Source: Squalus acanthias
Lineage: Eukaryota
Assembly: GCA_030390025.1 (NCBI GenBank)
Contig: CM059433.1
Span: 26,476,001 to 26,540,000, forward strand
Length of the DNA: 64,000 nucleotides
Direction: 5' to 3'
Shown: positions 25,931 through 39,051 of the stretch, in pieces
Numbering within the stretch: the first letter of the stretch is position 1
Layout: every line of letters starts with the position of its first letter
Notes under the pieces: model-generated
The model's database searches: none
Seen by the model: the letters and a program-made list of their open reading frames with translations, nothing else
Told to the model about the DNA's origin: nothing
Program-made: the position numbers and the translations under genes

Positions 25931-26602
25931 GGGGGTGAATTTCCCTAGAGGGCTGTTTGGGGCACTAAGTAAAAAATGTTTGGAAAGTTAGTGCCAGGCA
26001 CTAACCTTTTCAAACATTAGTTAAATTCCCATTTTTTTCTTCCAAGAGGGAAGTGGAGCGCTAAATCAAGCCCGATCCGGGGCGAAGTGCTCAGCAGCAC
26101 CACAAGTGGCCAAGCTTGGCGCTGCTGCGTTGCAAGGGCTCTTCCCTGCATTAAAGGGAAGGGCCCCACGTTGCGAGCTCTGCAGGTTTATTTTTAGATA
26201 TGTGGGCCACCGGGGAGCAGGAGTACCACGACTGGTGGACGAAAATAAATATTTTTAAAAATCGTTAGGTTTTTTTGGCTGGCCACCCACCGCACCTTTA
26301 AGTTGCGACCCGCGAGCGGCCGGCCTCACTGTTCGCAACCCCTGCAGCAGTCGGTAACATCGCCCGGTGCTGCTGCGGGGCGCGAGGGAGAATTTTTCTC
26401 CCGAGGCGCTACCGGGGTGCTGCGCCCGGAGATGACGTCATGATCTCCAGGCGCAGAAGATCAGGGCGCTACCCAGTAGTGCCGCCGCTAACCTCCCGTG
26501 GAATTTCACGGGAGGCGCGGTTACCGCCTTGGGGGCGCAAAGCCATTCGCGCCCCGTTAGCACCTCCCACCGGAGGCGCAAACGAGGGGAATTTCGCCTC
26601 CT
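25931..26602. mobile_element. GC/CpG-rich non-autonomous Harbinger MITE
   Basis: TAA|GGGGGTGAATTTCCC ... GGGAATTTCGCCTCC|TAA: imperfect TIR with the canonical TAA TSD. Confidence 0.82.
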
Positions 26603-27639
26603 AAGTGTTTTAATGAGATTTTTATTTAAATGGATAGACTAAAGTAGGGCAAGCAACAGTGCTCCTCCCAAAGGCCTGCCATAGTCCATTAAAAGTGCAG
26701 TAATAAAATGCTTAACATTTTTAGTAAGCTGGAACTCTGCTGGGTCTGGTATATGTTATGGTCTGTCTGCTCGCTTAAGTGCCCGAACAAATGGCAGTGT
26801 TTTCAAATCCAGATAATTCCATTCCAATTGCAACCTTCAATAATGCTTCAAGTGCATACTGATAAGACTTTACACAGATATTATATATTTTTGAATGCTG
26901 AGGATTAAACAAAAAACGTGCTTTGATTTTAGGCTCTTTAAATATTAGCGTAACAATGCTGACTGCATTCTTACAAAATTCATTTGTTTCTTTTAAATCT
27001 GTTAATACTCTCATGAAAATATTAGAATAGGAATTTTATACCAAGGAACTAAATATTTGTATATTAATATTCTAAGAGCATAATTTCAATATATTGATTC
27101 CTTGTATCACTAGTTGCATTTATCCATTGAGAGCGATTACAAAAGCTAGCTGTATGGGGTTCTATGTAATGATTGCACATATATTTAACCCCTTATCATC
27201 ACCAATATAAACTACATTTCAGACAGTGTTAACCTATATTTCTTAGTTAAATACAATGACAATACCTTGACATTTGTCACACTATATTATCACAGACATA
27301 GTGGTAGCCTGTTCAAGAGGTGACAGCCCTGTGAGGAATGAACTGCTTCCTACCATCGAACCTGACTCTTTGGCCACAAAATTCGGCGGTGCATGTCATG
27401 CCGGACGCCATCTTGGTGAGGGCATTGATGTGGGCGCAGTGAGCGTCCACCGGAAGTAAGCAGAGTAGACAGATCATGACATCAATCATTTTGCAATTTT
27501 GGAGCTCAGCGCTCCAGCTATCGCCTCTCTTAAACACACACACAGCAGGACACGCGTTCAGAAGGACCCCCCACCAGTGCTATTTAAAGGGATCATCAAC
27601 TACTTGCAGATTGATTTCTACTGGCTGTTGTTGCATTTG

Positions 27640-28107
27640 TGTCAGCTGTGGCTCAGTGGGTAGCACACTTGCCTTCTAAGTCAGAAGGTTGTGGGTTCAA
27701 GTCTCACTCCAGGGACTTGAGCACATAAATCTAGGCTGACACTCCAGTGCAGTGCTGAGGGAGTGCTGCATTGTCGGAGGTGCCGTCTTTTGGATGAGAT
27801 GTTAAACCGAGGCCCCGTCTGCTCTCTCAGGTGGACGTAAAAGATCCCATGGCACTATTTCGAAGAAGAGCAGGGGAGTTCTCCCCGGTGTCCTGGCCAA
27901 TATTTATCCCTTAATCAACATAACAAAAACAGATTATCTGGTCATTATCACATTGCTGTTTGTGGGAGCTTGCTGAGTGCAAATTGGCTGCCGTGTTTCC
28001 CACATTACAACAGTGACTCCACTCTAAAAGTATTTCATTGGCTGTGAAGTGCTTTGAGACGTCTGCTGGTCATGAAAGGTGCTATTTAAATGTACGTCTT
28101 TCTTTTT
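27640..28107 (+). mobile_element. Full-length Deu-domain SINE
   Basis: Highly similar to 14101-14565. Confidence 0.92.
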
Positions 28108-28232
28108 ATAGAAGTGTTTGGTAGTTTCTAGAGCTCTTTAAAGTTGCCAAAGTCTACAGGGAGTGGTGTGGCAGGTGCTGAAGGACTTTGTCCTGACTTC
28201 AAGGATTCTGCACAGACCACTTGCTCTCAGAC

Positions 28233-29387
28233 ATGGGTGCAGTAGTAGGCATTTCCCTTGGCCTACAGCATGACAGGGAGAATGAGCAGAGGCAACACAG
28301 CAGGACAAGCTCCTAGAAGAGGGAGGAGGAGGAGGATAGGAGACGGGCTCTCAGCAGGGGACCATGTCCACCCAGGGTGTTCAGGGAGCAATACTCCTAC
28401 CTGAACCTCAGCGAGGAACAGTGCCTCAGACATCTGAGCTTCACCACGGACATTCTCACTGAAATCTGCCACCTGCTGCAGCCACAACTGCAACTTCAGA
28501 GCAGGGCAAGGACCGCATTGCTAGTGGCTGTGAAGGTCACGGTGACCATGAACTTTTATGCGTCGGGCTCCTTCCAGGCTGGAGCAGGAGATATTTGCAA
28601 CATCTCCCATTTTGTCGCCCACTGTTGCATAACGGAGGTAACTGAGGTTCTGTATTCCAAGAGAGCTGAATACATTTCATTCTCTCTGGCCAGAGAGCAG
28701 CAGGCGGAGTGAGCATGTGGCTTGGCGAGGATTGCAGGCTTCCCCATGGTGCAGGTGCCATTGAATGCACGCATGTTGTTTTGTGGGTGCCGCATGTAAA
28801 CTCTGAGATAGACTGCAACCGCAAGGGATTCCACTCCCTCAACGTCCAGCTGGTGTGCGACCATACTCAGCGAATCGTACAAGTGAATGCCCGGTATCCT
28901 GGCAGCAGTCATGAGGCCTGCATTCTGTGGCAGTCCTCTGTGCCATCTGCATTTGAGCCACCACGACCAACCAGAGGGTGGCTACTGGGCAACAAGGGCC
29001 ATCCAGTAACGACATGCTCATGACTCACGTGCACAACCCATGCACAACGAAAGCCATGCTGCCACACGAAATGTCATAGAGCAGACCATTGGCATGCTGA
29101 AGCAATGCTTCCTCTGCCTGGACCACTCTGGAGGAGCCCTGCAGCACTCGGTATAGCAGGTGTCAAGATTCGTGGTGGACTGCTGCATGATGCACTACCT
29201 CGCCATCATGAGGTGAGCAGCTGGAGCCCTCACCACCAGCTATACAGCAACCAGCTGAGGAGCAGGAGAGGAGGAGGAGGAAGAGGAAGAGGAAGAGGAG
29301 GAGAAAGAGGAAGGGAGGAGGCAACCTAGAGAGCCCCTTTCTGGCCGAGCTGTCCGTGACTGACTCATCCGACTGCGATACAAGTAA
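28233..29387 (+). pseudogene. Harbinger transposase pseudogene
   Basis: LSEEQCLR, VAVKVT..MNFYASGSFQ, GAIECTHV, NRKGFHSLNVQLVCD, YPGSSHE, LLGNKG; stops and frameshifts present. Confidence 0.92.
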
Positions 29388-29569
29388 ACGCAACCCCAAT
29401 TCCCCATTCACCAACCGTCCCAGACCTGACCTTCCCTCTGTCACTGACCATCACAGCAACTGCTTGGCCACAATGCAAAAATAAATGCCAGCACAAAATA
29501 AACATTCCAAACCAAATTTATAAATCAAACCATGACCTACTGCATACAAACATCAACTGCTCACCCCTG

Positions 29570-31333
29570 TTCATTCCCTTAGTGACTGTCTTGCTGTGAC
29601 TTTGCCTGTCCGAGTGCTCCTTCCTACAAAGTGCTCCACAGTGGCTGCAGAATGACTGGTGGAAGGCTGCTGACTTTCAGTGGGGGAGACTGCAGATGGC
29701 CTTGCAGGACGATCTCGAGCAGCTCTGGGCATAAAAGGCCCAGCTTCAGACTGCACTATCTCGGCATGGGCGGCAGCAGTCTGGGCTGGCTGACAGGCAA
29801 CAGCAAGGGCACTGGTGGAGTGCCAGTGGTGGGAGCTTGAATGCTGTCATCCTGAGAGCCACTGCCACTCCCCTGGGGCGGTGCCTCAGCAATCCTAGTA
29901 ATCTGTTGGAGGACAGATTGCTGGACTGTTGTGACACCCTGCAACCCCTTTCAACACTGGTATTCGCAGCTATGATGGCAACAGTCTGAGCTTAGGTGGC
30001 AGCAAGCTGAGCTTGCATGACAGAAGTCTGAGCTTCCAGTGCAGCACCCAGACATTGGGTGGCTTCTACTTCTGCTGCAATGGAAGCTGAGACATCGGAC
30101 ATCAGGTGCTGCATCCTGACATTGAACTCAGGCTTTCTGGCAGGCCTGCCAATGCACCAAGCATTTCATTGTGCATACCCATCAGCCTTCTTCTGTAGCC
30201 TGCCCCATCGAAGAGCTAATCTGAGTCCTCTGCAGCAGAACCCGTGTGCGACCTCGCCCTCCGGCGATCTGCCACCTGTGTTACCCTTGTCCCTTACCCT
30301 GGCTGCTGGCCATTCGTGCCCGGTGTCTCACCACATGCAGATCCCGTGTCTAAGCTATCCTCTAAATTACGCGCAGTCAGTATCTGCAAGTGTGAAATCA
30401 AACGATATTGTTTCCTCTTCATCGCTGTCTTCCTGCTCTTCCACCTCTTGCTCTTCCACCACTGCCTGGCCAGGTTGCAGTTCTTGGGTATCTGAAAGAA
30501 GAAATACACGAGGGTAGGTTTGTGGTGAAGGCGGGGCGGGGGGTGGTGGTTGGCAAGAGGTGCAAGCTTACACCATCTGCAGCTTGTAAATCAGAAGAGA
30601 TTGTGCGATGAGGGGGAAGTAGGATGTAGAAGGATTAGGTATGAGGATTCCGTCATCTTCGATGGTTTTCAGCCCCGCCACTGGCTACGGCCTCAGCGAT
30701 CGCCACTCCAATGATGGCGACCACCGTCTCCTCCATCAGGGTAAGGACATACAGCCGTGCCTGTCCCCCACCGGTTAGCTCCTGTTGCCTCCGGTTATGT
30801 GCTAAGTTGTCCTGCAATAGAGAGGGAATTGCATCAGTGAGTGTGGTGCAATGTGTTTGGGTGATGTGCCTGTCATGGTTGAACAGCTGGCAGTGTGTGC
30901 AAGGTGTGAAATGTGGGTGTGAGGCTTGCAGCAGTGCTAAGTGTGCGAGGGTGAGGTGCAGCTATGAATGTGAGGAATGAGTCATGATTGATAGAGATTA
31001 TTGGTAGGTGAGTGACGGGGTGTAATGCATTGAGCAGTGTGTGAGGCGAGTGATGCAGTTGGTGGGATAAGTCATTTGAAGATGAATTCACTGACCTTGA
31101 CCAGTCATTAAATGTCATTGAACTTCTTGCAGCACTGCATCCAGATCCTCGAGGCATGACCCCGACATTGACTGCCATGGCTATCTGCTACCACTGCCTT
31201 CGCAAAGTTTGTCTGGAGAGACTCCTGGCCCCCTGTGGATAGACGACCTCTCTCCTCCTCTCCACCTCCTCCACCAAGGGCTCCAGTGCAGTATCAGGAA
31301 CCTTGGAGCAAGCTCTCTCCCCTGTTGAGCCAT
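29570..31333 (-). pseudogene. Harbinger Myb/SANT gene, three exons
   Basis: ATG at 31333 (MAQQGRELAPRF); donor aag|gtcagt ~31095; acceptors ttgcag| ~30811 and tttcag| ~30491; acidic exon 3. Confidence 0.8.
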
Positions 31334-31972
31334 AAATCACACTTCTTCCTGCTCAGACCCTCTTCCACAAACAGTTCCAGCACCTGCTCCAGCCAGAATG
31401 CACCTCCCCTTTTAGAGTCCCGAGATCACTCATTAAACCCATCTACCGAAGAGAGGAGAAATGACATGGCTTCTATTGTAAGAGGCAGGACTGGTGCGGT
31501 GACTTCCCCCCTCCTCCCAGAAATCGTCGAATCTGCTTATCCTCAGGCAATGTACAGTACACCTGCTTGATGCAACCTGCATCACAGTCTCAATCCAGTT
31601 TACACGACCACTGCACTCTTGAACTGGTCTCAGATTGGCCTTTTCTACCTAAGACTGAAAGCTGAAGACTGAATTTATTACTGTGCACTGAGGTCTTTCA
31701 GGAAGCCAAATAATGTTGCATGTGCCCGTACGTAATTGTACTGCATATTTTGCCTATGACTATATTAAATTGTTTGACTGGCATGATTGCTATTACCATA
31801 CACCAATAAGAATTGTTCCTAATGCAATGAGTATGAATGAAGTCTCTAAATGGTCCAACAGCTTAATATTAAACAATTAAGAATCAAATTTTAAAAGTTT
31901 CTAGTCCAGTGAGTATGTTACCAATATAGACTTGTAAAAGCTATTTGATTTCAATGTCAGCCATTGTCTCAC

Positions 31973-32143
31973 CATTGCAAACTTTATTTCCTTGGCAAGT
32001 TGGCTTTGCGCATGGCTGCAACTATACTGCAGCAGACATATGAGGTTCCTTCGTGAAGTTGATCTCATACCTACGTATTCTCTGGAGGGTTGCTTTTTCA
32101 AAGGCACGTCCCGGCACAGAGAGTCACTGGCCAGGAGCGCATA
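31973..32143 (-). CDS. Candidate 171-nt internal host exon (YALLASDSLCRDVPLKKQPSREYVGMRSTSRRNLICLLQYSCSHAQSQLAKEIKFAM)
   Basis: tatttcctag| acceptor and atg|gtgaga donor; length divisible by 3; only phase 0 is open; more GC-rich than its AT-rich unique flanks. Confidence 0.62.
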
Positions 32144-32779
32144 CTAGGAAATAGTTTTACACTTTAATAGATGTAAAATCATAGGCCCGTGATTTCCTGA
32201 TGTGCGTTCCCAGTGGAAAGGCTCCATCCAGGAGCAGGAATTCAGAGAATCAACCTTTAAGCAATTTCACACCTGAATTATACTAGAAAGTTTGCACTGA
32301 TGGGAAGCTTACAGTGCAGCTCACCAACACGAATTGTGTAGTATAGCTGGCCTGAGAAGTTCATGACTTGAGCCTAATGGTGCAATAACATTGTACTAGC
32401 TACATGACAGGTGAGGAGAGCAGTATTTTACTCTCATTCCTCTGGCTTGAGACTGCTGCCTGCTGAGTTAACAGGCATATTAAAACTATTTTTAACATGT
32501 GAATACCTTGGTTGTGTTAAGATTCTAATGGTGTGCTAATTCATTTTATTATACCCTTAGGCTCAATTCTCAAATTCAATTGGCTAAAATGCAATAACTA
32601 CCTTAAAACACACACAAATTTTGCCTGTCAGCTTAAGAGGAATATAATTATATTGTTTACCTATGAGATTAAATATGAATATCCTAAAACAAAGGAAGTA
32701 CTCTGTAATAGAACATAATATTTACTGTTAGTCTCTAAGGGGGTGACATTTTACTTAGTGCACAGCCAGTACAATAAAT

Positions 32780-33100
32780 AAAGAAAGACTTGCATTTATA
32801 TCGCGCCTTTCATGACCACCGGACATCTTAAAGCGCTTTACAGCCAATGAAGTACTTTTGAAGTGGAGTCACTGTTGTAATGTGGGAAACGCGACAGCCA
32901 ATTTACGCACAGCAAGGTCCCACAAACAGCAATGTGATAATGACCAGATAATCTATTTTTGTTATGTTGGTTGAGGGATAAATATTGGCCAGGACACCGG
33001 GGATAACTCCCCCGCTCTTCTTCAAAATAGTGCCATGGGATCTTTTATGTCCACCTGTGAGAGCAGACGGGGCCTCAGTTTAATGTCTCATCCGAAAGAC
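32780..33100 (-). mobile_element. Deu-domain SINE, 5'-truncated
   Basis: Reverse complement of the Deu domain and tail of 14101-14565. Confidence 0.9.
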
Positions 33101-34067
33101 AGATAAGGGTTAAAATATTGCTGAGTATCCAATCTCTTGGTCTATGGATCAGATTAGGAAGAATTTCATTGACTTGCACAAAAGTACTCCAGTAAGCCAA
33201 CACTCTTCTAAATTCATAATAATAAGAAAAGCACAAACTGTCTAATATAAATGGAGAAGAAAGTCTTGTGTATGGGGAATAACTAGCATTTATTTCCCAT
33301 GTTCAAAATGTTGTGAATTAATTTGTATAGCCCATGTATAATTTCACACTAATCAACATTAGTGACATGTGGGTGAGGGGGGAGACATTCCTTCTCCCGT
33401 CCTGTCAGGGTGTGAGACAAGGCAAGTGCACCTGAAATGCAGTCTGCCTGACCTGGCCAGAACCCACCTGTCCTTCTGGGTTTAGGTCATCTGCATAGGC
33501 CCAGCATTTCCTGGCACAAGCCCACCACTTGGCAGGGACTCAAGTCAGAAGTGGGAGAGGAAACTCAATTGCTGATGCAGGTCAGAGAAACCAGCAGCAG
33601 TATTAAAGATAGCAGCTGTCTTTAGGCCTGTGGCTTCTGTCCAGAAGACCTCCTGGCCTTATGAAAAGAATGGTTGTCCTGCTGACCCTATGAAATGAAG
33701 CAACCTATCTTGTATGTGTCTCCAGACTTTGCTCCCAGTCCCTTCTCAGGTTATTTAATGTGAGAGACTGGGCACTAGGTGTAAGGCCCACGAACTGTGG
33801 GCAGCCCTATGTGTAGGTCAATATCAAGTGACTCAGGAAAATCAGGACAGTCAGAAGGCCCCGAGATCAACAGCCTCTTCCACAGTTGCAGTCTTCTCAG
33901 GCTTGCGTCTAGGCCTGTGTTCCTAACCCCTGTTCAAGGCACAAAGAAATTAATCCATCCATATGCTATTTTGGACATGCAACACTTGTCTAGCACCCGA
34001 GCAAAGTGGGTACAGAAATATCGAGGCCAATATTTTCCTTGTTCTAGACCAAACTGGTTCACAATAC

Positions 34068-35692
34068 CATAGAATCATAGAAACTTACAGCACAGAAGGT
34101 GGCCATTCGGCCCATCGTGCCTGTGCTGGCTCTTTGAAAGAACAGTCGTGCTTAGTCCCACATCCCCGTTTTTTGTCCGTAACCCTGTAAGTTCCTCATC
34201 CTCAAGTACCTGTCCAACTCCCTTTTAAAATTATTTATGAAATCAGCTTCCGGCAATTTTTCCCCGAGCTAATTGTTTACATTTCTATGTTTATTAAATG
34301 TTTTATGGTTCAATTTAATGCTAATCTTTTCTCATATCTTCCCTTTGCCACCCATATTAACTTTTTCAATTCCCTCCTGTACTTTCCATAATCTTCCTGG
34401 CTATTAACTGAATCTTGCTCCTGACATTTGTCATAAGCCTCCTTTTTCTGTTTTATTTTAACTTTTATTTGCTTTGTCATCCAGGGTGCATTAGCTTTGG
34501 ATGCTCTACCTGGTCCCTTCAAAGGAATATGCCTAGCTTGTACCTGAACTATCTCTTCCCTGAATGTTCTCCATTGCTCCGTTACTGCTTTACCCTGCAA
34601 TCGCCTTTTCCAATCTACCTGTGCTGGGTCCCTTCTTAAATCACTGAAATTAGCTCTTCCCAAGTTGAGCATTTTTGCCATTGATATTTTGTGGTCTCTT
34701 TCCATAATACTTTAAACTGAATTATGTTGTTGTCACTGTTCGCTAGATGATCTCCGACTGTAACACACTCCACTTGTCCTACTTCATTTCCCAGAACCAG
34801 ATCCAACACTGTTTCCTTCCTTGTCGGACTGGAGACATATTGATTGAGAAAGTTCTCCTGTACACGTATCAGAAATTCATCTCCTTCCCTACCTTTAGCA
34901 CTATATTTGTCCCAGTCTATATTAAGGTAATTAAAGTCTCCTAATATTACGACTCTATTTTTGTAATTTTGTATTTTGTAATCACGCCTTTGAAATTTGC
35001 CAACAAATTTGCTCATCTGTCTCCTTCTCACTGTTTGGAGCTCTATAACATCACCCAACAATGTAACAGTTCCCCCTCTGTTCCTCAACTCAAGCCAAAT
35101 AGATTCACGCCTAGAACCATCGAGTATATCCTTTCTATTTAGAACTGAAACATCATCCTTAATCAATACGGGCACGCCCCCTCCTATTTTTCCTTCTCTA
35201 TCATTCCTGTATACTCGGCAACCAGAAGTATTAAGAACCCATTCCTGGCCTTGTTTGAGCCATGTCTCTGTTAATGCAACCATATCATAATCCCATGTGG
35301 CAATTTGTGCCTGCAGCTCATCAACCTTATTAGTTACACTATGGACATTGGCGAACATACAATTTAATACCTCCTTCATCACTTTTGCTATTTTCCTCAA
35401 TCTGGTCCTTGCAATTCTTAGGATCTTTCTAATTTTGCTGTTGTTTATATCTCTCTGTCCTCTGATCTCATTTCTGCTCCTTTCTGCTATGCTCTGGTTC
35501 CCCTCCCCCTGGCAAATTAGTTTAAACCCTCACTAACAGTACTAGTTAACCTCTCAGCGAGAACATTGGTCTCGGCTTTGTTCAGGTGCAACCCGTCCAT
35601 CCTGTACAGGTGCCCCTTCCCCCAGAACTGGTCCCAATGGCCCAAGAATCTGAAACCCTCCCTCCTGCACCACTTCTACAGCCACACATTTA
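34068..35692 (-). mobile_element. CR1 LINE with large internal deletion (ORF1 end + APE endonuclease + 3' tail)
   Basis: ALTETWL, GDFNY, LDLVLGN, SDNNII APE motifs. The RT is absent, and the 3' UTR/tail at 34068-34250 follows directly. Confidence 0.88.
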
Positions 35693-36259
35693 CCAGTGCC
35701 TGAAGTGTCACTGAAGTGGGATAATTTGGGGAAACGACTGCTGCCCTGGGAGGACATTGGTTGCAAGACTGTCTTGGGAGTAGGCCCCCCTGAAGTGGGA
35801 GACCCACAACTCCCTGCAGATATATGCCTGACTACGTAAGAACCATGTGCTGAACATTGTGCATCTGTGGCAATTATCACAGCAGTAAAGAGAGACTTTT
35901 GCAAAACCAATACTGCCATGACTGCACCACATTGTTAATTTGCGCTCCATTTTACGATGTGCTTTCTTTACAGATGAGGAGTCCATAAGCCAGGTCAGTG
36001 GGAGCAAGAGAAAGAGCAGTTGGTGGAGTATTCCCCCTCCATGAATCACTTAATTCACAGGATAGGAAGCGACACCAGAATCCAATTTAGTGAAGGTAGC
36101 AACACTGTTGGTGATGGGCTGTTACCAGAGGAGTCTTCAGAAAGGCTGAGGCTGCTGATTAGCAACCCAGCCAAACCATCTTCAGACAAATTGAAGGAAG
36201 TAAGCTTTTCAGTAGAGCCTTTCAGTAGAAGATGCTGGCCCGTGTGTGTGGTGCATCTG

Positions 36260-36560
36260 CTTTGTCTTTCAGATGAGACGTTAAACCACGACCCTGCCTG
36301 TTCAGGTGGATGTAAAAGATCCCAATGCACTTTTTTTTTAAAGAAAAGCAGGGAGTTCTCCCAGTGCTCTGGCCAATATTTATCCTTCACCCAACACCAC
36401 TAAAATAGAATAACTAGCCATCCTTCTCAATTCCATTTTCAGGACCTTGCTGCTTTTACCTACTAAACAAGACTTCAGCAGTAATTAATTGGCTGTGATG
36501 TGCCTTGGAACATCTTCAGGACATGAAAGGTGCTATATAGATGCAAATTCTTTCCTTCAT
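36260..36560 (+). mobile_element. Degraded Deu-domain SINE
   Basis: gatgagacgttaaacc...aaaagatccca...ggccaatatttatcc and tail aaaggtgctatatagatgcaa. Confidence 0.75.
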
Positions 36561-36957
36561 TTAGCTTCATGAAGAGCTCTGTGTAGGTAACTCTGGATGT
36601 TCTGAATGAGTCTGCATCCAACATCTTGAGTAGCCTAAATAACATGATGCAACAAGCAGCAGCTGATGCAGCATGTGCTGTAGCCAAATCCCCCACCATC
36701 AACATCCTGGGGGGTCACCATTGACCAGAAACTTAACTGGACCAGCCATATAAATACTGTGGCTACAAGAGCAGGTCAGAGGCTGGGTATTCTGCGGCGC
36801 GTGTCTCACCTCCTCACTCCCCAAAGCCTTTCCACCATCTACAAGGTACAAGTCATGGACTACTCTCCACTTGCCTGGATGAGTGCAGCTCCAACAACAC
36901 TCAAGAAGCTCGACACCATCCAGGACAAATTAGCCTGTTTGATTGGCACCCCATCCC

Positions 36958-37650
36958 CCTTCTTAGGCAGTCCCTCGGAACCGAGGATGACTTGCTTCCA
37001 CATTAAAAGTGAGTTCTCAGGTGACTGATGAGTCCAATGCGGGACCTACAGTCTCTGTCACAGGTGGGGCAGACGGTGATTGAAGGGGCGGGTGGGTGGG
37101 GTGCTTGGGTTGGCGTGCGCTCCTTGCGCTGCTTGCGTTTGGCTTCTGCTTGCTCCCGGTGAAGAGACTCGCGGTGTTCGGCGCCTTCCCGGATGCTTCT
37201 CCTCCACTTTGTGCGGTCTTGGGCCAGGGATTCCCAGGTGTCAGTGGGGATGTTGCACTTTTTCAAGGAGGCTTTGAGGGTGTCCTTGAAGCGTTTCCTC
37301 TGACCACCTGGGGCTCTCTTGCCGTGTCGGAATTCCGAGTAGAGCGTTTGTTTTGGGAGTCTCGTATCGGGCAGGCGGATGATGTGACCCGTCCATCGGA
37401 GCTGATCGAGCGTGGTCAAAGTTTTGATGCTGGGGATGCTGGCCTGAGCGAGAATACTGACATTGGTGCACCTATCCTGCCAATGGATTTGCAGGATCTT
37501 GCGGAGCCAGCGTTAGTGGTACCTCTCCAGTGCTTTGAGGTGCCTGCTGTACATGGTCGATGTCTCTGAGGCATACAGCAGGGCGGGTATCACTGCTGCT
37601 CTGTAGACCATGAGCTTAGTGCCGGGTTTGAGGTCCTGGTCTTCAATGCA
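36958..37650 (-). mobile_element. RTE-clade LINE 3' part
   Basis: QLRWTGHIIRLPDTRLPKQ..Y......GGQRKRFKDTLK and CPTCDRDCRSRIGLISHLRTH zinc knuckle; short GAA-type tail. Confidence 0.92.
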
Positions 37651-38174
37651 TCCTACGAAACCCAGGCAGAGAGGACCTGCGGGAAGGAGGGAGGCGGACA
37701 GTAGGAGTATGTTTGTGTGTGTGTGCTAGGCCGTTGTAGCAGAGCCTGGTCTCCAATCATCTTGGATCCCCTTGCCATTGGACCAAGACCTTGCTCTGTC
37801 AAGCCCGTGTGGTAGCTGGTGTGCAACGGCCACCCCACGTTAAAAGAATTCACGCACAGGCATCTTCCACCCTTTAAAATTAATTTCAGGACCTGGAACA
37901 TCAGGACCCTCATGGACAACCCCAACAGTGACAGACCGGAACGCCGTACTGCTATCGGTGTCTGGGAGCTAAGATGTTTCGACATTGACATTGCCGCCCT
38001 AAGTGAGACCCGGCAGGCAGGGGAAGGCCAGCTCAAGGAGCAACGTGGTGGCTACACCTTCTTCTGGAAAGGCAAACCTGAAGAAGAATGCCGCCTCTAT
38101 GGGGTAGGCTTCGCCATAAAAAATGAACTAGTTGGGCGTCTCAGAGACTCTCCTAGCGGTATAAACGAGCGGCT
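37651..38174 (+). mobile_element. RTE-clade LINE 5' UTR + APE N-terminus, inverted relative to its 3' part
   Basis: TWNIRTLMDN...RPERRTA....EL..FDIDIAALSETR..GEGQL. Confidence 0.9.
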
Positions 38175-39051
38175 CCATCCACCACCTTAAACATTCACTG
38201 AAACAACGCCTGAATTGACACACGATCTGCGATTTTGGATGTCGCCACTTTTAATAATGCCCTCTCCTACCACGCATGGAAGAACGCGCGTGCAGCAGTA
38301 CAATGGAGGCGCTCCAAGCACTACTTAAAGGGACACACACAACTTGCAGTTAAGTTTAGACTTTTGCTTTTGGACTGGTTTCGTTACATTTTATTGGCGT
38401 AGTGGCTTGGTGCAATACAATTAAAAAGTTGTTAAAGTGTGCAGGGATTGCTGCTGGACGTTTCCAAGGCTTTGGGTCTTAAAGGAAGGCCTTTGAGAAC
38501 ACCACTTGCTCCCAGTCCTGGGGGCTCTAGTTGCAGTCCCCCTTGGGCTGCAGCATCACATAGAGATGGAGCAGAGGCAGCAAAGGGGACAAGCTGCTCA
38601 CAGAGGGAAGAGGAAGAGGAGGAAGCAGAAGGAAGGAGGCAACCCAGACAATCCCTTTCTAACCGGGATATCTGGGATCGAATCATTCGCCTGCAGTACC
38701 AGTGAGCACAACCCCAATTCCCCTTTCAACATTTGTCCTACACCTTACCTTCCCTCTGTTACTGACCATCTCAGCGTCCTCTTGGCCACAATGCTGAAAT
38801 AAAAGCCACCACAAAGCAAACTTTCCAATCCAACTTTATCCATATATGCATCCAATATTACATCATAAAATCAACTAATCACCCTGTGCATTCTCTTAGT
38901 GACTGTCTTGTGTGTGCCTTTGCCTATCCTAGTGATGTCATGCAGTGCTACCCCAGTGGCTGCAGCATGGCCGGTGGAAGGCTGCTGACATTCAGTGGGG
39001 GACACTGCAGATGGCCTTGCAGGACGACCTTGAGGAGCTGGTCGCTGGGAG

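Larger units (their letters stand above)
27370..31420 (+). mobile_element. PIF/Harbinger transposon, near-complete but degraded
   Basis: Transposase (+) and 3-exon Myb gene (-) in convergent arrangement; SINE inserted near the left end. Confidence 0.85.
36688..38200 (+). mobile_element. CR1/L2-group LINE fragment interrupted by an RTE
   Basis: MDYSPLAWMSAAPTTLKKLDTIQDK..CLIGTPS at 36759-36958 resumes at 38175 (ccatccaccaccttaaacattcact), as in the uninterrupted copy at ~42670-42710. Confidence 0.82.
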
